33,326 nt of DNA from a virus (taxonomy: Duplodnaviria > Caudoviricetes), in the IMG/VR virus record IMGVR_UViG_3300031836_000395, positions 1 to 33,326 of that record; one strand, written 5' to 3'. The notes beneath the pieces are model-generated. The model was not told where the DNA came from, did no database searches, and saw nothing but the letters and a program-made list of their open reading frames with translations. How positions within the stretch are numbered: position 1 is the stretch's first letter; every line of letters starts with the position of its first letter. Below are positions 7,284 to 17,077 of this stretch, in pieces. The position numbers and the translations under genes were made by a program.

Positions 7284-9380
7284 CTACTTCCTCCCCCGAG
7301 CTACGACGCGCTGAGCACGACGCTCACCCTTGAGAGCACGGTCCGCTTCGGTGCGCATCGAACCGAGTAGAACGCTATCGGTGTCGCGCACCTCGAGCGT
7401 CATGCCATCAAGGGAAATGTGAATGTCAGATGACCCCGTACTAGTCGGTGCACCCACCGTTGCGTCTCCCAGATAGTCAGACATCAGCCCGCCAAGTTTC
7501 GAGATCGGGGCAATGACCTCGTCTTCGGGACCTTCGCCCACCACCGCGAGTGTCGCTGCGGTCGCGATGCCACCCTTGGCAAGCAGTGGGATCTTGGGAA
7601 TACCGAAGCTCTTGCCACCCACGCCGGGCACCCAGTTGGGGACACTGAAGTTCACCTTGCCCACCGAGCTGTTCCAGAAACGGGCGACAGAGTTAAAGGC
7701 CGTCTTGAAGGGGCGGGTGATCTTGCCACCGACCGACGAGAAGAACCCCCCGATCTTCCCGGGGATGCCACGGAACCAATCGAGCACACTGTCGACGTAA
7801 CCCTTGGTCGTCGACTTTATCGTCGAGAACTTGTTGCCAATCTTGACGCCGATCCCACCAAAGAAGCCCACCACCTTGCCGGGGATGCCACGCAGGTAGC
7901 CCGTGATCGCATTCCAGTTGGATGTGATCATGCCGATCGGAGTCCACTTCCACACCGTTTTCAGGAAGTCCCACGCACCCTTAAAGAAACCCGTGACCTT
8001 ACCCAACAGGCCCTCGAAGAACGGTTGCACTGCCGACCACACCGCCTTGATCTTGTTCCACGCGCCGATGAAGAAATTGCGGAACCCCTCCACGTTGTTC
8101 CACAACCACAGGAAGCCCGCCACGAGGAGCGCAATACCGACCACGATCATGCCAATCGGGCTCGCCGCCATCGCCGCACTGAGCAATTTCTGAGCCCCAG
8201 CAGCACCTTTAGTAATCAACGACCACGTCTTCGTCGCGACACCCGAGCCCTTGAGCCCAATCGCCATCGCACCCAACGAACCACCAGCAGCCAGCAAGTC
8301 ACCACCGAACGCCTGCACACCCGCGGCAGCCGAACCGAGGGGACCGGGCAACGTCGCCAAGTCCTGAAACATACCGTCGAAGCCGCGGCGCATCGACTCA
8401 GCCTTCGCCTCCCCGGTGTCATACATGACGGCGCCCATGTCCTCGGTGGCACCCGTCACATCCTCGATCGACTGCTTCGCGGGATCCATGGCGAGCACCA
8501 TGCCCTTGCCCGCGTCCTCCCACATCGAGCCGAACAGGGCCACACCGGCCTTATCTTGCTCAATCGGGTCCTTTATGCTGCTCAGCCCGGCAAGGATCTC
8601 CGAGAACGCAGCGTTCGCCGTGGGGCCACCGGCCGCGATCTTCGCCGCCATGTCGTCCGCATCCATACCAAGTTCCTGGAACGCTTCCTTCGTGCTGTAC
8701 GAGCCATCGATCGCCCGCGTCGCGAATTCATTGAGGGCATCCCCGGCCTTGTCGACCGAGAACGCGCCCGCATCGAGCGCGGACCCAAACATCGCGATCG
8801 CCTGCGGACCATCAATACCGAGCGCGCTCAACGGCTCCGAGTACTCCCACAACGTGTCGAGAAACTCATCAGTCTTATCGAGCCCACCCTGCATACCGGC
8901 AGTAATAATGTCGAACGCCTCGTCCGAGTCCTTTGCGAGACCGTTCTTCATCAAAGCGCCCGCCGCACGTGTCACCTCTGACACGTCCTTGTCATACACA
9001 TCCGCGATCGCGAGCGCGTCAGTGACCATCTTCTGTGACTCGGTCTCTGACACTTTGTTGAGGTCGACCATGTCTTCGCCGACCTCGGACATAGCACGCG
9101 AGACTTCCTCGAGGGACTCACCCATGCCGTCACGGAACGCAGCCTTGGCCGCGTCGTTGGCGCGCTGCGCGGAGGCGGGTATCAGGTCAAGCTGCGCGGC
9201 GACCTTCGCACCTGCCGACTCGCTTACGAGCGCGTCACTAAAGCCCTGCACCAGTTTGGTGCCGGCATACGCTGCGGCAATCGTCGCGGACACACCAAGG
9301 GCGTGCTCTTCGAACTTATTGAACTCCTTTTTGGCTTGCGACGAGTCAGCGAGGATGTCGAAGATCATGCCTTTAGCCAT
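7284..9380 (-). CDS. Tape measure protein
   Basis: Longest ORF (698 aa), Ala/Gly-rich and helical; TLWEYS...IDG core, central TM segment, Trp/Phe periodic repeats, IPLLAKGG motif. Confidence 0.92.
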   Translation of the reverse strand: MAKGMIFDILADSSQAKKEFNKFEEHALGVSATIAAAYAGTKLVQGFSDALVSESAGAKVAAQLDLIPASAQRANDAAKAAFRDGMGESLEEVSRAMSEVGEDMVDLNKVSETESQKMVTDALAIADVYDKDVSEVTRAAGALMKNGLAKDSDEAFDIITAGMQGGLDKTDEFLDTLWEYSEPLSALGIDGPQAIAMFGSALDAGAFSVDKAGDALNEFATRAIDGSYSTKEAFQELGMDADDMAAKIAAGGPTANAAFSEILAGLSSIKDPIEQDKAGVALFGSMWEDAGKGMVLAMDPAKQSIEDVTGATEDMGAVMYDTGEAKAESMRRGFDGMFQDLATLPGPLGSAAAGVQAFGGDLLAAGGSLGAMAIGLKGSGVATKTWSLITKGAAGAQKLLSAAMAASPIGMIVVGIALLVAGFLWLWNNVEGFRNFFIGAWNKIKAVWSAVQPFFEGLLGKVTGFFKGAWDFLKTVWKWTPIGMITSNWNAITGYLRGIPGKVVGFFGGIGVKIGNKFSTIKSTTKGYVDSVLDWFRGIPGKIGGFFSSVGGKITRPFKTAFNSVARFWNSSVGKVNFSVPNWVPGVGGKSFGIPKIPLLAKGGIATAATLAVVGEGPEDEVIAPISKLGGLMSDYLGDATVGAPTSTGSSDIHISLDGMTLEVRDTDSVLLGSMRTEADRALKGERRAQRVVARGRK

Positions 9381-9579
9381 CAACGTCTCCCTCTGCTTGG
9401 TCGCCGCGATGTGCGGCTGCGTCGTCTTTGTTCAGCACGCCAGTCGTCAATCGACTTGGCGATCGCCCACCACTCGAAGAGTCGAAGGTTCCAAATGTTC
9501 TCGTGGTTGATCGACGGATACTTGTGCATCACGTCGAGCAGACGCTCGTAAACGGAGTCCCTGATCCAGGGCTCGCTTG
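9380..9579 (-). CDS. Tail assembly chaperone, T segment (-1 frame extension of the G ORF)
   Basis: Manual translation: ...EPWIRDSVYERLLDVMHKYPSINHENIWNLRLFEWWAIAKSIDDWRAEQ...GRR*; stop overlaps the TMP start (TGATG); frame is open back to ~9700. Confidence 0.65.
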
Positions 9580-9951
9580 CTACAGCGGGGCGAGTGTTTC
9601 GGCTTTGGGCTCGTCGGCGGCCGGATCGGAATCCGCCGGGGCCTTCGGAGGGTCCGTGACTTCCTCGTCCTCCGCCTTCGGGTCGCCAGGCTCTTCTTGG
9701 AAATCAACTTGCTCTTGCGTCAGATTCAAAACGTCGGACCATGCAGGCTGCTTGCCGGTCTCCCACAGGGTCGCCCAAACGATGACTGCGGTGCGGACCG
9801 TCACCATCTCCATGCGCTCTTGAATTTCCTTGTCATCCCACCCGGTCTGGTACTGCAACTCCATTTGAGTGCCCAAACGCAGCCGGTTGGGTAACACCGC
9901 CCGGTAATTGCCTACCAACTCTTCGTGGTCAATGATTGTGATCCGTGCCAT
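9580..9951 (-). CDS. Tail assembly chaperone (G-like)
   Basis: 123-aa ORF with an acidic tail just upstream of the TMP. Confidence 0.75.
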   Translation of the reverse strand: MARITIIDHEELVGNYRAVLPNRLRLGTQMELQYQTGWDDKEIQERMEMVTVRTAVIVWATLWETGKQPAWSDVLNLTQEQVDFQEEPGDPKAEDEEVTDPPKAPADSDPAADEPKAETLAPL

Positions 9952-10538
9952 CAGGCCCCTCCTTGATTCATGGTGTCGATTGCGTCGTCAAGCGCGGCAA
10001 GAATGTCTTGCTCAATCTGGTTACGATGCGCGCCGATCACGTCACCGAAATACGGCCGTCCCGCCTGATCCGCATAGGCGTTCTTATTTCCGAAAACAGG
10101 GTGGCGAAAACGCTTCATGTTGTACGAGCGGGCGAAGCCTGTTCCCGCCCCGCGAATGCGGATCCCCGACCGGGTCTTACCCGTCATGATCGAGACACGC
10201 AGCCCCGCCTTGATCTCCTCGCGTGCACCCCGACCTTTACCGGAGCGCTTACCCGAGGTGCGCACTTCGGTGATGTAGGTCCGCTTAGTGAACTTCGCCC
10301 CACCACGTGCGCCCGAGGACTTCGAGGCCCTGACCCTGGTCTCCTTCTTGACGCCGATGATCTTGCCGCGGGGCTCCTTGTCGAGCTCCACCTTCATCGC
10401 ACCGATGAGTTCCTTACCGGTGTCACGGATACGGCGGCGGGTGATGCGATGCAGCGTCGCGTCGAACTCCTTAACACGTTCAAGTTCTGCCTTGAGGTTC
10501 GGGGAACGAACCTCAATCTCGCCGCCGCTGCCCGGCAT
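9951..10538 (-). CDS. HK97 gp10-like neck/tail-completion protein
   Basis: Basic protein with RHPVFGN...QAGRPYF motif. Confidence 0.55.
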   Translation of the reverse strand: MPGSGGEIEVRSPNLKAELERVKEFDATLHRITRRRIRDTGKELIGAMKVELDKEPRGKIIGVKKETRVRASKSSGARGGAKFTKRTYITEVRTSGKRSGKGRGAREEIKAGLRVSIMTGKTRSGIRIRGAGTGFARSYNMKRFRHPVFGNKNAYADQAGRPYFGDVIGAHRNQIEQDILAALDDAIDTMNQGGA

Positions 10539-10540
10539 AG

Positions 10541-11566
10541 CTACAACGTCGCGTCGGTCGAGCGGTAGACAATGTAGATCGGCTCGTCCGTCTCGTTGTC
10601 CAGCGCAGTGAAGTCCGACTGCACGCTGATGACGTCACCGCCGTTGGACGAGGGAACACCACCCTCGAGCTTGAGTGCGGGGATAACGATCTGCAACGTC
10701 GGTGCCGACAAGGCCCCGATCGTGGACGGGTGCGTGAAGTTGAGAACCATGCCGAGTGTGGTCTGATCAAGGTAAGCATCGACAGTGACAGTGCTGTCGA
10801 GTTCGGCAGTGATCTGACCACCCACCTCTGCCATCGACACCACGTTCGCGCGGGTGCGCTTTCCAGCACCACCCAGATTCCACCCCTCACCATCAAGGCC
10901 ATTCGCGACCTTCACATTGCCCTCACGAATGTTCGCGACCGCGGCACCCGACGTCGTTGCCAGCTCCGTGGCGGTGGGGACGGTGATGGCGTCGGTGCCA
11001 AGAAAAATCTCACCATCGACGAACGAGAACAGTTCAAGGTCGGCCGGGTAGGACGGGGCGGCGTAGGCGACGTCGCGGACGATGTCGCGCGCCATCATCT
11101 CGAGTGCGATCTTGAGGAAGTCGCTGTTGCCGAAGCTGACCTCGACGGACTCGAACTGGGAACCGGGGAACGTGTACGTTTCGACGCCGGATCCGTCGAG
11201 CAGTGGGATTCCCTTTTGGATGGTGTACGAGCCGAGAGCGCCCTTGGTGAGGGTGAGCACGTGCTGATACACGCCGGTGTCGACGAGCGCGGTGGAGGTT
11301 GCCGCACCGAGCGCGGCCTCGAGGAGTGAGCCGAGGCCCTTCGTGGGGGCTTCCATGTTGATGGATCCGCCGGCGTCAACCTTGTTAAGGCGTCGACGGT
11401 CGAGACGTGCGACACGGGAGCCGGGCCGCATGCCCTCACCCTGACCGAAGTCAAGCTTCGCCTCAATAGTCTCGCCTGTGAACTCGATGAACTTGTCGGG
11501 GGTGATGGCCGTGCCGTAGGCCGACTCCTTCTTGAAGCCGATCGAGCAGTCAAGTTGCGTGGTCAT
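10541..11566 (-). CDS. Major tail (tube) protein
   Basis: IGFKKESAYGT N-terminus and SYTIQKG motif; 341 aa; synteny. Confidence 0.82.
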   Translation of the reverse strand: MTTQLDCSIGFKKESAYGTAITPDKFIEFTGETIEAKLDFGQGEGMRPGSRVARLDRRRLNKVDAGGSINMEAPTKGLGSLLEAALGAATSTALVDTGVYQHVLTLTKGALGSYTIQKGIPLLDGSGVETYTFPGSQFESVEVSFGNSDFLKIALEMMARDIVRDVAYAAPSYPADLELFSFVDGEIFLGTDAITVPTATELATTSGAAVANIREGNVKVANGLDGEGWNLGGAGKRTRANVVSMAEVGGQITAELDSTVTVDAYLDQTTLGMVLNFTHPSTIGALSAPTLQIVIPALKLEGGVPSSNGGDVISVQSDFTALDNETDEPIYIVYRSTDATL

Positions 11567-11569
11567 GGG

Positions 11570-11866
11570 TTACTCCTTGTCCTGGGAGCCGGCGGGTGCC
11601 GACCCATCGGCATTAGCGGGGGATGTGGTGGGGGGCTTGGGGGCCGCGAGCGCGATGGGACGGCCTGCGCGGGCCTTGCGTTTAGCTGCGGTGGCGATCT
11701 TCTCGGCCGGCTTGCTTACGGCCTTCCACGCGGACTGTGCGAGGAGGGCGTGGGCTTGGGTGGCGGTGACCGTCACTGTCTCGCCAGCGGCGACGACACG
11801 GTGCAAGAGGGGCACGTCGAGCGACCCCTGTGGTGAGACGTTGGTGATGGTGATCTCGTCGGTCAT
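11570..11866 (-). CDS. Small virion-module protein
   Basis: From ATG 11866 (MTDEITITNV), 98 aa, between tail terminator and tail tube. Confidence 0.55.
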   Translation of the reverse strand: MTDEITITNVSPQGSLDVPLLHRVVAAGETVTVTATQAHALLAQSAWKAVSKPAEKIATAAKRKARAGRPIALAAPKPPTTSPANADGSAPAGSQDKE

Positions 11867-11870
11867 GGTG

Positions 11871-12353
11871 TTATCCCCTGATTCGTTGCTTGGCGGTAAA
11901 GGTCGCTTCGATCTCCCAGACGCGACCGGTGCCGGATTGTGTTTGCGCGTCGGCAGCATCAGAGTCGAGGTTGGTGAGGAAGCAGTGACGAACGACGCCG
12001 CCGAGTGTCGTGTCGCCGGCAGGTGCGGCCTGGCGTACCTGCTCAGCAAGTTCGTTCACGATGTCGGCAGCTGCGCGAAACGCCAACTGGTCAGCCTCGT
12101 TGCCGCCAGAGCGGAAGCTCGACACGATGACCGTCAACTCCAGAGTGACCTCGCGGCCACGATTAGAGGCAGACATGTTCGCGATCTCCTCAGTGGTGCG
12201 GACACCGCCGATGAGGATGACGTCGTCGGCGTACTCAATACCCAAGCCCGTCCACGCGACAACAACGCCTGTGTTGGCTGCGTACTTGGTCGTCGCCATC
12301 GCGTAGAAGGCATCACGGTAGTCCGCCGCGATCGATGCAGCTGAGCCGGTCAT
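11871..12353 (-). CDS. Tail terminator-like protein
   Basis: From ATG 12353, overlapping the adaptor stop; DTTLGGVV motif; synteny. Confidence 0.6.
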   Translation of the reverse strand: MTGSAASIAADYRDAFYAMATTKYAANTGVVVAWTGLGIEYADDVILIGGVRTTEEIANMSASNRGREVTLELTVIVSSFRSGGNEADQLAFRAAADIVNELAEQVRQAAPAGDTTLGGVVRHCFLTNLDSDAADAQTQSGTGRVWEIEATFTAKQRIRG

Positions 12354-13117
12354 GCTGTACCAGCCGGGCGTGGGAGGTGTTGCAGCAGTTCGTGGGCGCG
12401 ATCGGGAATCGCGAAGCCCGTCGGAGTGAACATCGTCCCCTCCTGAGCGACGATTGGACGACCGTTCTGCTGCGTGAGCTGCCACATGTGCGCAATGATT
12501 TCGAGGCACGCCTGGCGGGCGGCAGGTGGTATCTGGTCAGCGCCGACGGTGTAGTTCACGACGATCTTGTTGCCGTCGAAAGCATCGGACCAGACAATGC
12601 CCGCGTCCTCGTCGACGGTGTAGTCGGATTCCGTGAGTGCGGTGCCGTCGACCGTGACCGCAGTGACGGTGATGTCATACGCCGGCAGGATGATTGCGCG
12701 GACGGGATACTGGATGACTTCAGTCCACCTGCGCTCGTCGGCGATCAGGGGCCCAGTGATTGACTCGACAACTGACGAGGCTGATGCGACATACAGCATC
12801 AGGGCGTCATGGGCACTAGTAAGTGCGTTGATCTTGAGACGCTTCATGGCGTCGGCCCGCGACACCAGGTAGTGGGGGTCGGTGGGCCACACGTCAAGGA
12901 CGTCCGAGAACGTCTCCGTGGGCGTGGCCCACAGCAACGTGTGGCGGCCTGGCTTTGAAGGAGTGAAGGCCGTGGTGTGAGTCAATACCTTATTGGTCAC
13001 CGTCGGGTTCGCGGTGGTGCCGTCCGGCTGGGTGACCGTGAGCGTCGCGCTCTCGCCTGGGACCGCCGATAGCCACTCCAGTGACTGCGGTGTGTCTACA
13101 AAGTGCACGACGCTCAC
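12350..13117 (-). CDS. Head-tail adaptor
   Basis: YLVSRADAMKRL...YTVG...IPPAARQACLEIIAHMW pattern of gp6/gp15-like connectors, with an extra N-terminal beta domain. Confidence 0.72.
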   Translation of the reverse strand: MSVVHFVDTPQSLEWLSAVPGESATLTVTQPDGTTANPTVTNKVLTHTTAFTPSKPGRHTLLWATPTETFSDVLDVWPTDPHYLVSRADAMKRLKINALTSAHDALMLYVASASSVVESITGPLIADERRWTEVIQYPVRAIILPAYDITVTAVTVDGTALTESDYTVDEDAGIVWSDAFDGNKIVVNYTVGADQIPPAARQACLEIIAHMWQLTQQNGRPIVAQEGTMFTPTGFAIPDRAHELLQHLPRPAGTA

Positions 13118-13123
13118 GGCGAA

Positions 13124-13459
13124 CTACTTCCCGAGCTTCTTGAGTTGGGCGTCGACCTGCTTGACGCGGTCGTCGAGGCCACGCTGCACGTAGCCGTCAC
13201 GCTCAACCTTGAGAGCCGCACGAATCGCGTCGTCCGGACTGTTGCCCGTTGCCGCGGCCTTACGGTCAGCAGCAGCCCGCTTCGTGGACTCGGTCTGTGG
13301 CGCCTTTACCTCCGCAGGCGTGGTGTCAGTCTTCGTCTCCGCCGGTGCGGACGTCGGGTCCGGTGCCGACGTCGCGGACTTGGTGTCGTCCGGCTTGGCG
13401 GCGGCCTTCGTGTCCGCCGGCTTAGCCGGCGTGGACTTGGTGGGTTCAGCCATGATCAT
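13124..13459 (-). CDS. Hypothetical protein following the capsid gene
   Basis: Low-complexity A/K/T/P N-terminus and helical C-terminus ALKVERDGY...RVKQVDAQL. Confidence 0.65.
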   Translation of the reverse strand: MIMAEPTKSTPAKPADTKAAAKPDDTKSATSAPDPTSAPAETKTDTTPAEVKAPQTESTKRAAADRKAAATGNSPDDAIRAALKVERDGYVQRGLDDRVKQVDAQLKKLGK

Positions 13460-13485
13460 TCCTCACTGTTGAACTGATGGTGGTG

Positions 13486-13518
13486 GGGTGACCCCGCGCG
13501 GTCTGCGCGGGGTCACCC
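13486..13518 (-). terminator. Hairpin after the major capsid gene
   Basis: Perfect 14-bp inverted repeat GGGTGACCCCGCGC-N5-GCGCGGGGTCACCC 8 nt after the capsid stop; no U-tract, so it may be an attenuator or mRNA stabiliser. Confidence 0.7.
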
Positions 13519-13526
13519 GGTGCCGA

Positions 13527-14936
13527 CTAGAAGGTCGGTGCGACGAGGCCGGTGCCGCCGATGACCTGCACACCACCGCTGTAGCGGGTGAAGCAGGTGG
13601 CCGCGTAGCCGTAGACCACGAAGTCAACGGTCAACTTCTTGGACTGCGTCTGCTCGGCGCGGATCATCATCGGCGCCGAAGGGTCGAGCCACAGGTGCGC
13701 CTCGTTCTTGGCGTACACCGCGACAAGGTCCTCGTTGGTGCCAGTACCCAAGTTGGCCGGGATGTTGCCGTCGGTAACAACCGGGTCGTCCGACGGCAGG
13801 TAGCCGCGAACACCCTTGAGTGAGCCAGTCGCGATGCCCTGACCCAGTGCGCCGGCGTTGCGACCCGAGATGAACGGGTGGGTGTCGATGAACTGGTTCT
13901 GCAGCCAGCGCCACCGGTTGCGACGCATCAGGACGCGAATGTTGTCGTCGACGGCCTGGTCAAGGAGTGCGTCCTCCACACCGGAGATCGCACCAAGGAT
14001 CTTGGCGTAAAGCTCCACTGCGGTGGGCGAGGCGTCGGTGTAGGTCACCGCCGTACCGGCTGCGAGCAGACCGGTCGTTGTCCGGTTGATCGCCTTGCGG
14101 TCCAGGTCCGTGTAGTACTCGCGGACCAGGTCCTCAAGCATCGTGTCGACTGCCTCGGGCGCACGGTCGAGCACCTGGCGGGGTGCCGACTGGGAACCCG
14201 CGACGGTGTAGATCGGGACGCTGATGAGAGCGTCATCGAAGTCTGTCTCGTCAACGGCCGCGCCTTGCGCCGACTGCTCGTCGACGGACGTGCCCGTCGA
14301 GGTCTTCGGGATGTACGCGACCATTCCCGACTCGGGCAAGTCGTGCACCGTCATGTTGTCGGAGTTGGCGAGTTGCGCACCCTCCTTCGCCTCGGGAGCG
14401 AAGAGATCCGTCAGGTACTCCGGGACAGCGAACCCGGACACATTGGCGGTGCCTGCGATGCGCTGGGATACCGGGTTGCCGGCAGCGCTACGGGCGTCGA
14501 GTACCTGCTTCGTCGATCGTTCGAGTCGCGAGCGAGCCTCGGTGTTGCCGAGGAACGACTGCGTCAGGTCGCGCATGAACTCCTTGCCCTTGGGATCCTT
14601 GTCGGCGCGGTACACCGATTCGTCCTTGGTGACCTCCGCGGGTGCGCGAGTCTTTTCGGGCTCGTCGGGCAGCTCGGCATTGGCCCGCATTTCGGCGGCA
14701 CGAGCCTCAGCCTCGGCGTCCTTGGCAATCTCAGCGTCGAGGTCCGCGGCGCGGGCCTCCATGCTTTCGATCTCGTCATCGATGCCGCGCTTGGTGGATA
14801 TTTCCGCGTCGACCTTGTCGGCGTCGGGGCTGTCCTGACCGCGCAGCTCCTTGAGCGTGGAGACCGATGCGGAACGTTCCTTGTACTTCGCGGCGATGTC
14901 GCTACGCAGCTTCGCCAGAATTTTCTTGGGGTCCAT
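13527..14936 (-). CDS. Major capsid protein, HK97 fold with N-terminal scaffold (delta) domain
   Basis: 469 aa; N-terminal coiled coil; GFAVPEYL motif; strong SD GAAAGGA; follows the protease. Confidence 0.88.
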   Translation of the reverse strand: MDPKKILAKLRSDIAAKYKERSASVSTLKELRGQDSPDADKVDAEISTKRGIDDEIESMEARAADLDAEIAKDAEAEARAAEMRANAELPDEPEKTRAPAEVTKDESVYRADKDPKGKEFMRDLTQSFLGNTEARSRLERSTKQVLDARSAAGNPVSQRIAGTANVSGFAVPEYLTDLFAPEAKEGAQLANSDNMTVHDLPESGMVAYIPKTSTGTSVDEQSAQGAAVDETDFDDALISVPIYTVAGSQSAPRQVLDRAPEAVDTMLEDLVREYYTDLDRKAINRTTTGLLAAGTAVTYTDASPTAVELYAKILGAISGVEDALLDQAVDDNIRVLMRRNRWRWLQNQFIDTHPFISGRNAGALGQGIATGSLKGVRGYLPSDDPVVTDGNIPANLGTGTNEDLVAVYAKNEAHLWLDPSAPMMIRAEQTQSKKLTVDFVVYGYAATCFTRYSGGVQVIGGTGLVAPTF

Positions 14937-15046
14937 GATGGGGTCCTTTCGGATGTGGTGGTGGGGGTGTGATTCCCTGCCAGACAGCCAGGACGCCAGG
15001 CGAATGCGCGGCGGCGCGGTCGTGCGGTCTTACTGGGTGCGTCGCG

Positions 15047-15760
15047 CTAGGCGCGGCGCGGTGCGATGTCGTCCTCGGAGATGAGGTCGACACCACGCTT
15101 ATGGGTGGACGCGAGCGTGGGCTCGCGGTCCTCGTCGGTTTGGTCGGAGGCGAGACCGGATCCGGCGGTGAAGGGGTTGGCGCCGTAGCCGACGATCGCG
15201 ACGTCGCCGCGGTGGATGTCCACTTCGTCGATGTAGAACTGTGACCAGTCCGGGGACCAGGTCCCCTTGACAATGCGGAACGCGAATGACATTTCATCGA
15301 TCAGACCGGCACGTAATTTGGGGACGATGTACGCGACGTCGGGGTCTGCAAGGTCGAGGTCTGCGGTAACACGCAGACCCTGGTCGTCCTCCGCGAGATT
15401 GAGGTCATTCAGGATGGTGCGAGCGAGGCGACGAATCTGATCGTGGCCGATGACCAGCGGCACGTCGAGGTCGACGCGGGCCAGCGTTTGCAGAAACGCA
15501 CCGGTGCGCACGATCTCGTCATAGGGGCCGAACATGTCCCACATCGGGTACGCGTGCTCGGTGATTGAGGCGTATCCCTCAAAGCGCACCTTGCCCTCAG
15601 TGGCTCCGTCAACGATGCGCAGATTGGTGATCTTCACGGCGACGCGGGCGGCAGAGTCGTTGGCCTCGGCTTGACGGCGGTGGGAGGGGCGGTCCGCGAG
15701 CGCCCGCACCTGCGCGGCGCGTGCCGTTGCCGCTGCGCGGCGCTTCTCTTCGGTGATCAT
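15047..15760 (-). CDS. Prohead (capsid maturation) protease, HK97 family
   Basis: FEGYAS, GAF, GHD (His), EDDQGL and EMSFAF (Ser) motifs. Confidence 0.9.
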   Translation of the reverse strand: MITEEKRRAAATARAAQVRALADRPSHRRQAEANDSAARVAVKITNLRIVDGATEGKVRFEGYASITEHAYPMWDMFGPYDEIVRTGAFLQTLARVDLDVPLVIGHDQIRRLARTILNDLNLAEDDQGLRVTADLDLADPDVAYIVPKLRAGLIDEMSFAFRIVKGTWSPDWSQFYIDEVDIHRGDVAIVGYGANPFTAGSGLASDQTDEDREPTLASTHKRGVDLISEDDIAPRRA

Positions 15761-16902
15761 GATTCTCCTTCGGAAGTGGATATCGCGCTCTCGGGCTCGG
15801 CCACGGGTGGCATGTTCTCGAGTTCGCGTGCCTCGTTGACCGTCTTGACTCCGCCCGCAACCTCTTTAATGAGCAGCTCGCGACGTTCCTTGGGGTCCAT
15901 GCGGAGCAGTGCTTCGGTGTTGAGCTTGACGAAAGCACCGGCACCGACGACGCGTTTGAGGGCATCCTCGCGGCGTTTGATCGCAGGGCCAAGGTTCATG
16001 ATCAGGAACTGGAGGTTGCGTTGGGTGAGGTTGGCGTAGGTCACGGACTGTCCGGACACGGCGGCGTCGATCAGGTCTGCTGGCACTGAGAAGAACCGGG
16101 CGATCTCCACCGTGCCGTGGTCCATCAGTTCAAGGAACGCGGCGTCCTTAGCGCGTGCCGCGGCGATCGTGATCTCCCAATCCTTGCCCACTACGGCGGG
16201 TTCGCCGTTGCGCATCGACGCTGAGATGCGGCGTTTGATCCTGCTTGCCTGTTCGGCGTCGAGGACCTGTGCCTGATTCTTGAGGATCGTCGAGGGTGTC
16301 GCGCCGCGGTCGAACCACTCGAGTGCGAACTCGGTGGCCGACAGGTTGCCCGACAGGGCCAGCGCTGCGTGAGCCACCGGCGACAAACCCACCGGCGAAC
16401 CGGACGACACGTACTGTCGCTCGTGCCAAATCTTCGACGGCTCATAGGGCTTACCCATGACCGTGTAGCCCGTGACGCGCGAACCCTTGCCTTTGACGGT
16501 CACCTCGCCGGCGTCGACCAGGTGGATCTCGCGAGGCAGGCCCGCACCGTCAACCTTCGTGATGATGCCGAACGTGTTGCCGTAGGAGTCAAGGTCACTT
16601 TGGGTGGCGTACAACCAGTCCGCGATCGTCATCGGCTGGCCGTCTGTCCACTCGTCGGGCGACTCGAGTACCGCGGGCTTCTTGACCTCGATGGCCATTG
16701 AGATGCCCGGGTAGCGCTTGAGGACGTCAACGGGGAGTGACGAGATCATGTCCGCGCGCAGACGAATTGCTGCCCATACTGCGGACACGCGCATCGCCTT
16801 GGCACTCGACACCCGATGTCCCCCACCGCCGCTCCCACGCCGGCGCACACCGACGTCGGTTAGTGACACGGAACGGGACTGCGAGGGCCAGAGGAAACTC
16901 AT
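15757..16902 (-). CDS. Portal protein, HK97 family
   Basis: SAVWAAIRL, YGNTF, GLSPV, EIARFFSVP and TVNEAR motifs. Confidence 0.93.
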   Translation of the reverse strand: MSFLWPSQSRSVSLTDVGVRRRGSGGGGHRVSSAKAMRVSAVWAAIRLRADMISSLPVDVLKRYPGISMAIEVKKPAVLESPDEWTDGQPMTIADWLYATQSDLDSYGNTFGIITKVDGAGLPREIHLVDAGEVTVKGKGSRVTGYTVMGKPYEPSKIWHERQYVSSGSPVGLSPVAHAALALSGNLSATEFALEWFDRGATPSTILKNQAQVLDAEQASRIKRRISASMRNGEPAVVGKDWEITIAAARAKDAAFLELMDHGTVEIARFFSVPADLIDAAVSGQSVTYANLTQRNLQFLIMNLGPAIKRREDALKRVVGAGAFVKLNTEALLRMDPKERRELLIKEVAGGVKTVNEARELENMPPVAEPESAISTSEGES

Positions 16903-17069
16903 GCGTCAACCTTTGGGGTAGGGGTGTCGAGACGCCACGAGACGTAGAGGGCGCCCACACCACCGACCATCCAGCCCGCCCAGTCGGCCAACTGTGCGGC
17001 GCCCACGGTCACGGCGGCCAGGCCAGCAACACCTAACGGTGTCGAGGCGTAGCGAAGAACATTGCGCAT
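16899..17069 (-). CDS. Small two-TM membrane protein between TerL and portal (not in ORF track)
   Basis: Manual translation MRNVLRYASTPLGVAGLAAVTVGAAQLADWAGWMVGGVGALYVSWRLDTPTPKVDA (56 aa); SD AGGAG; ATGA overlap with portal. Confidence 0.75.
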   Translation of the reverse strand: MRNVLRYASTPLGVAGLAAVTVGAAQLADWAGWMVGGVGALYVSWRLDTPTPKVDA

Positions 17070-17077
17070 GAGGGCTC

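Noticed and set aside
8025-9510. Long plus-strand ORFs (318 and 364 aa) opposite the tape measure gene
   Set aside because: Shadow ORFs typical of high-GC DNA; no SD, motifs or coupling to neighbours.
9447-9707. 86-aa minus ORF as the chaperone T segment
   Set aside because: Arg-rich and stops short of the TMP; the -1 frame gives a more protein-like sequence whose stop overlaps the TMP start.
13878-14972. 364-aa plus-strand ORF opposite the capsid gene
   Set aside because: Antisense shadow with uninformative composition.
14937-15046. 110-nt capsid leader as a structured RNA
   Set aside because: Only short GC-rich pairings visible; not distinguishable from chance by eye.
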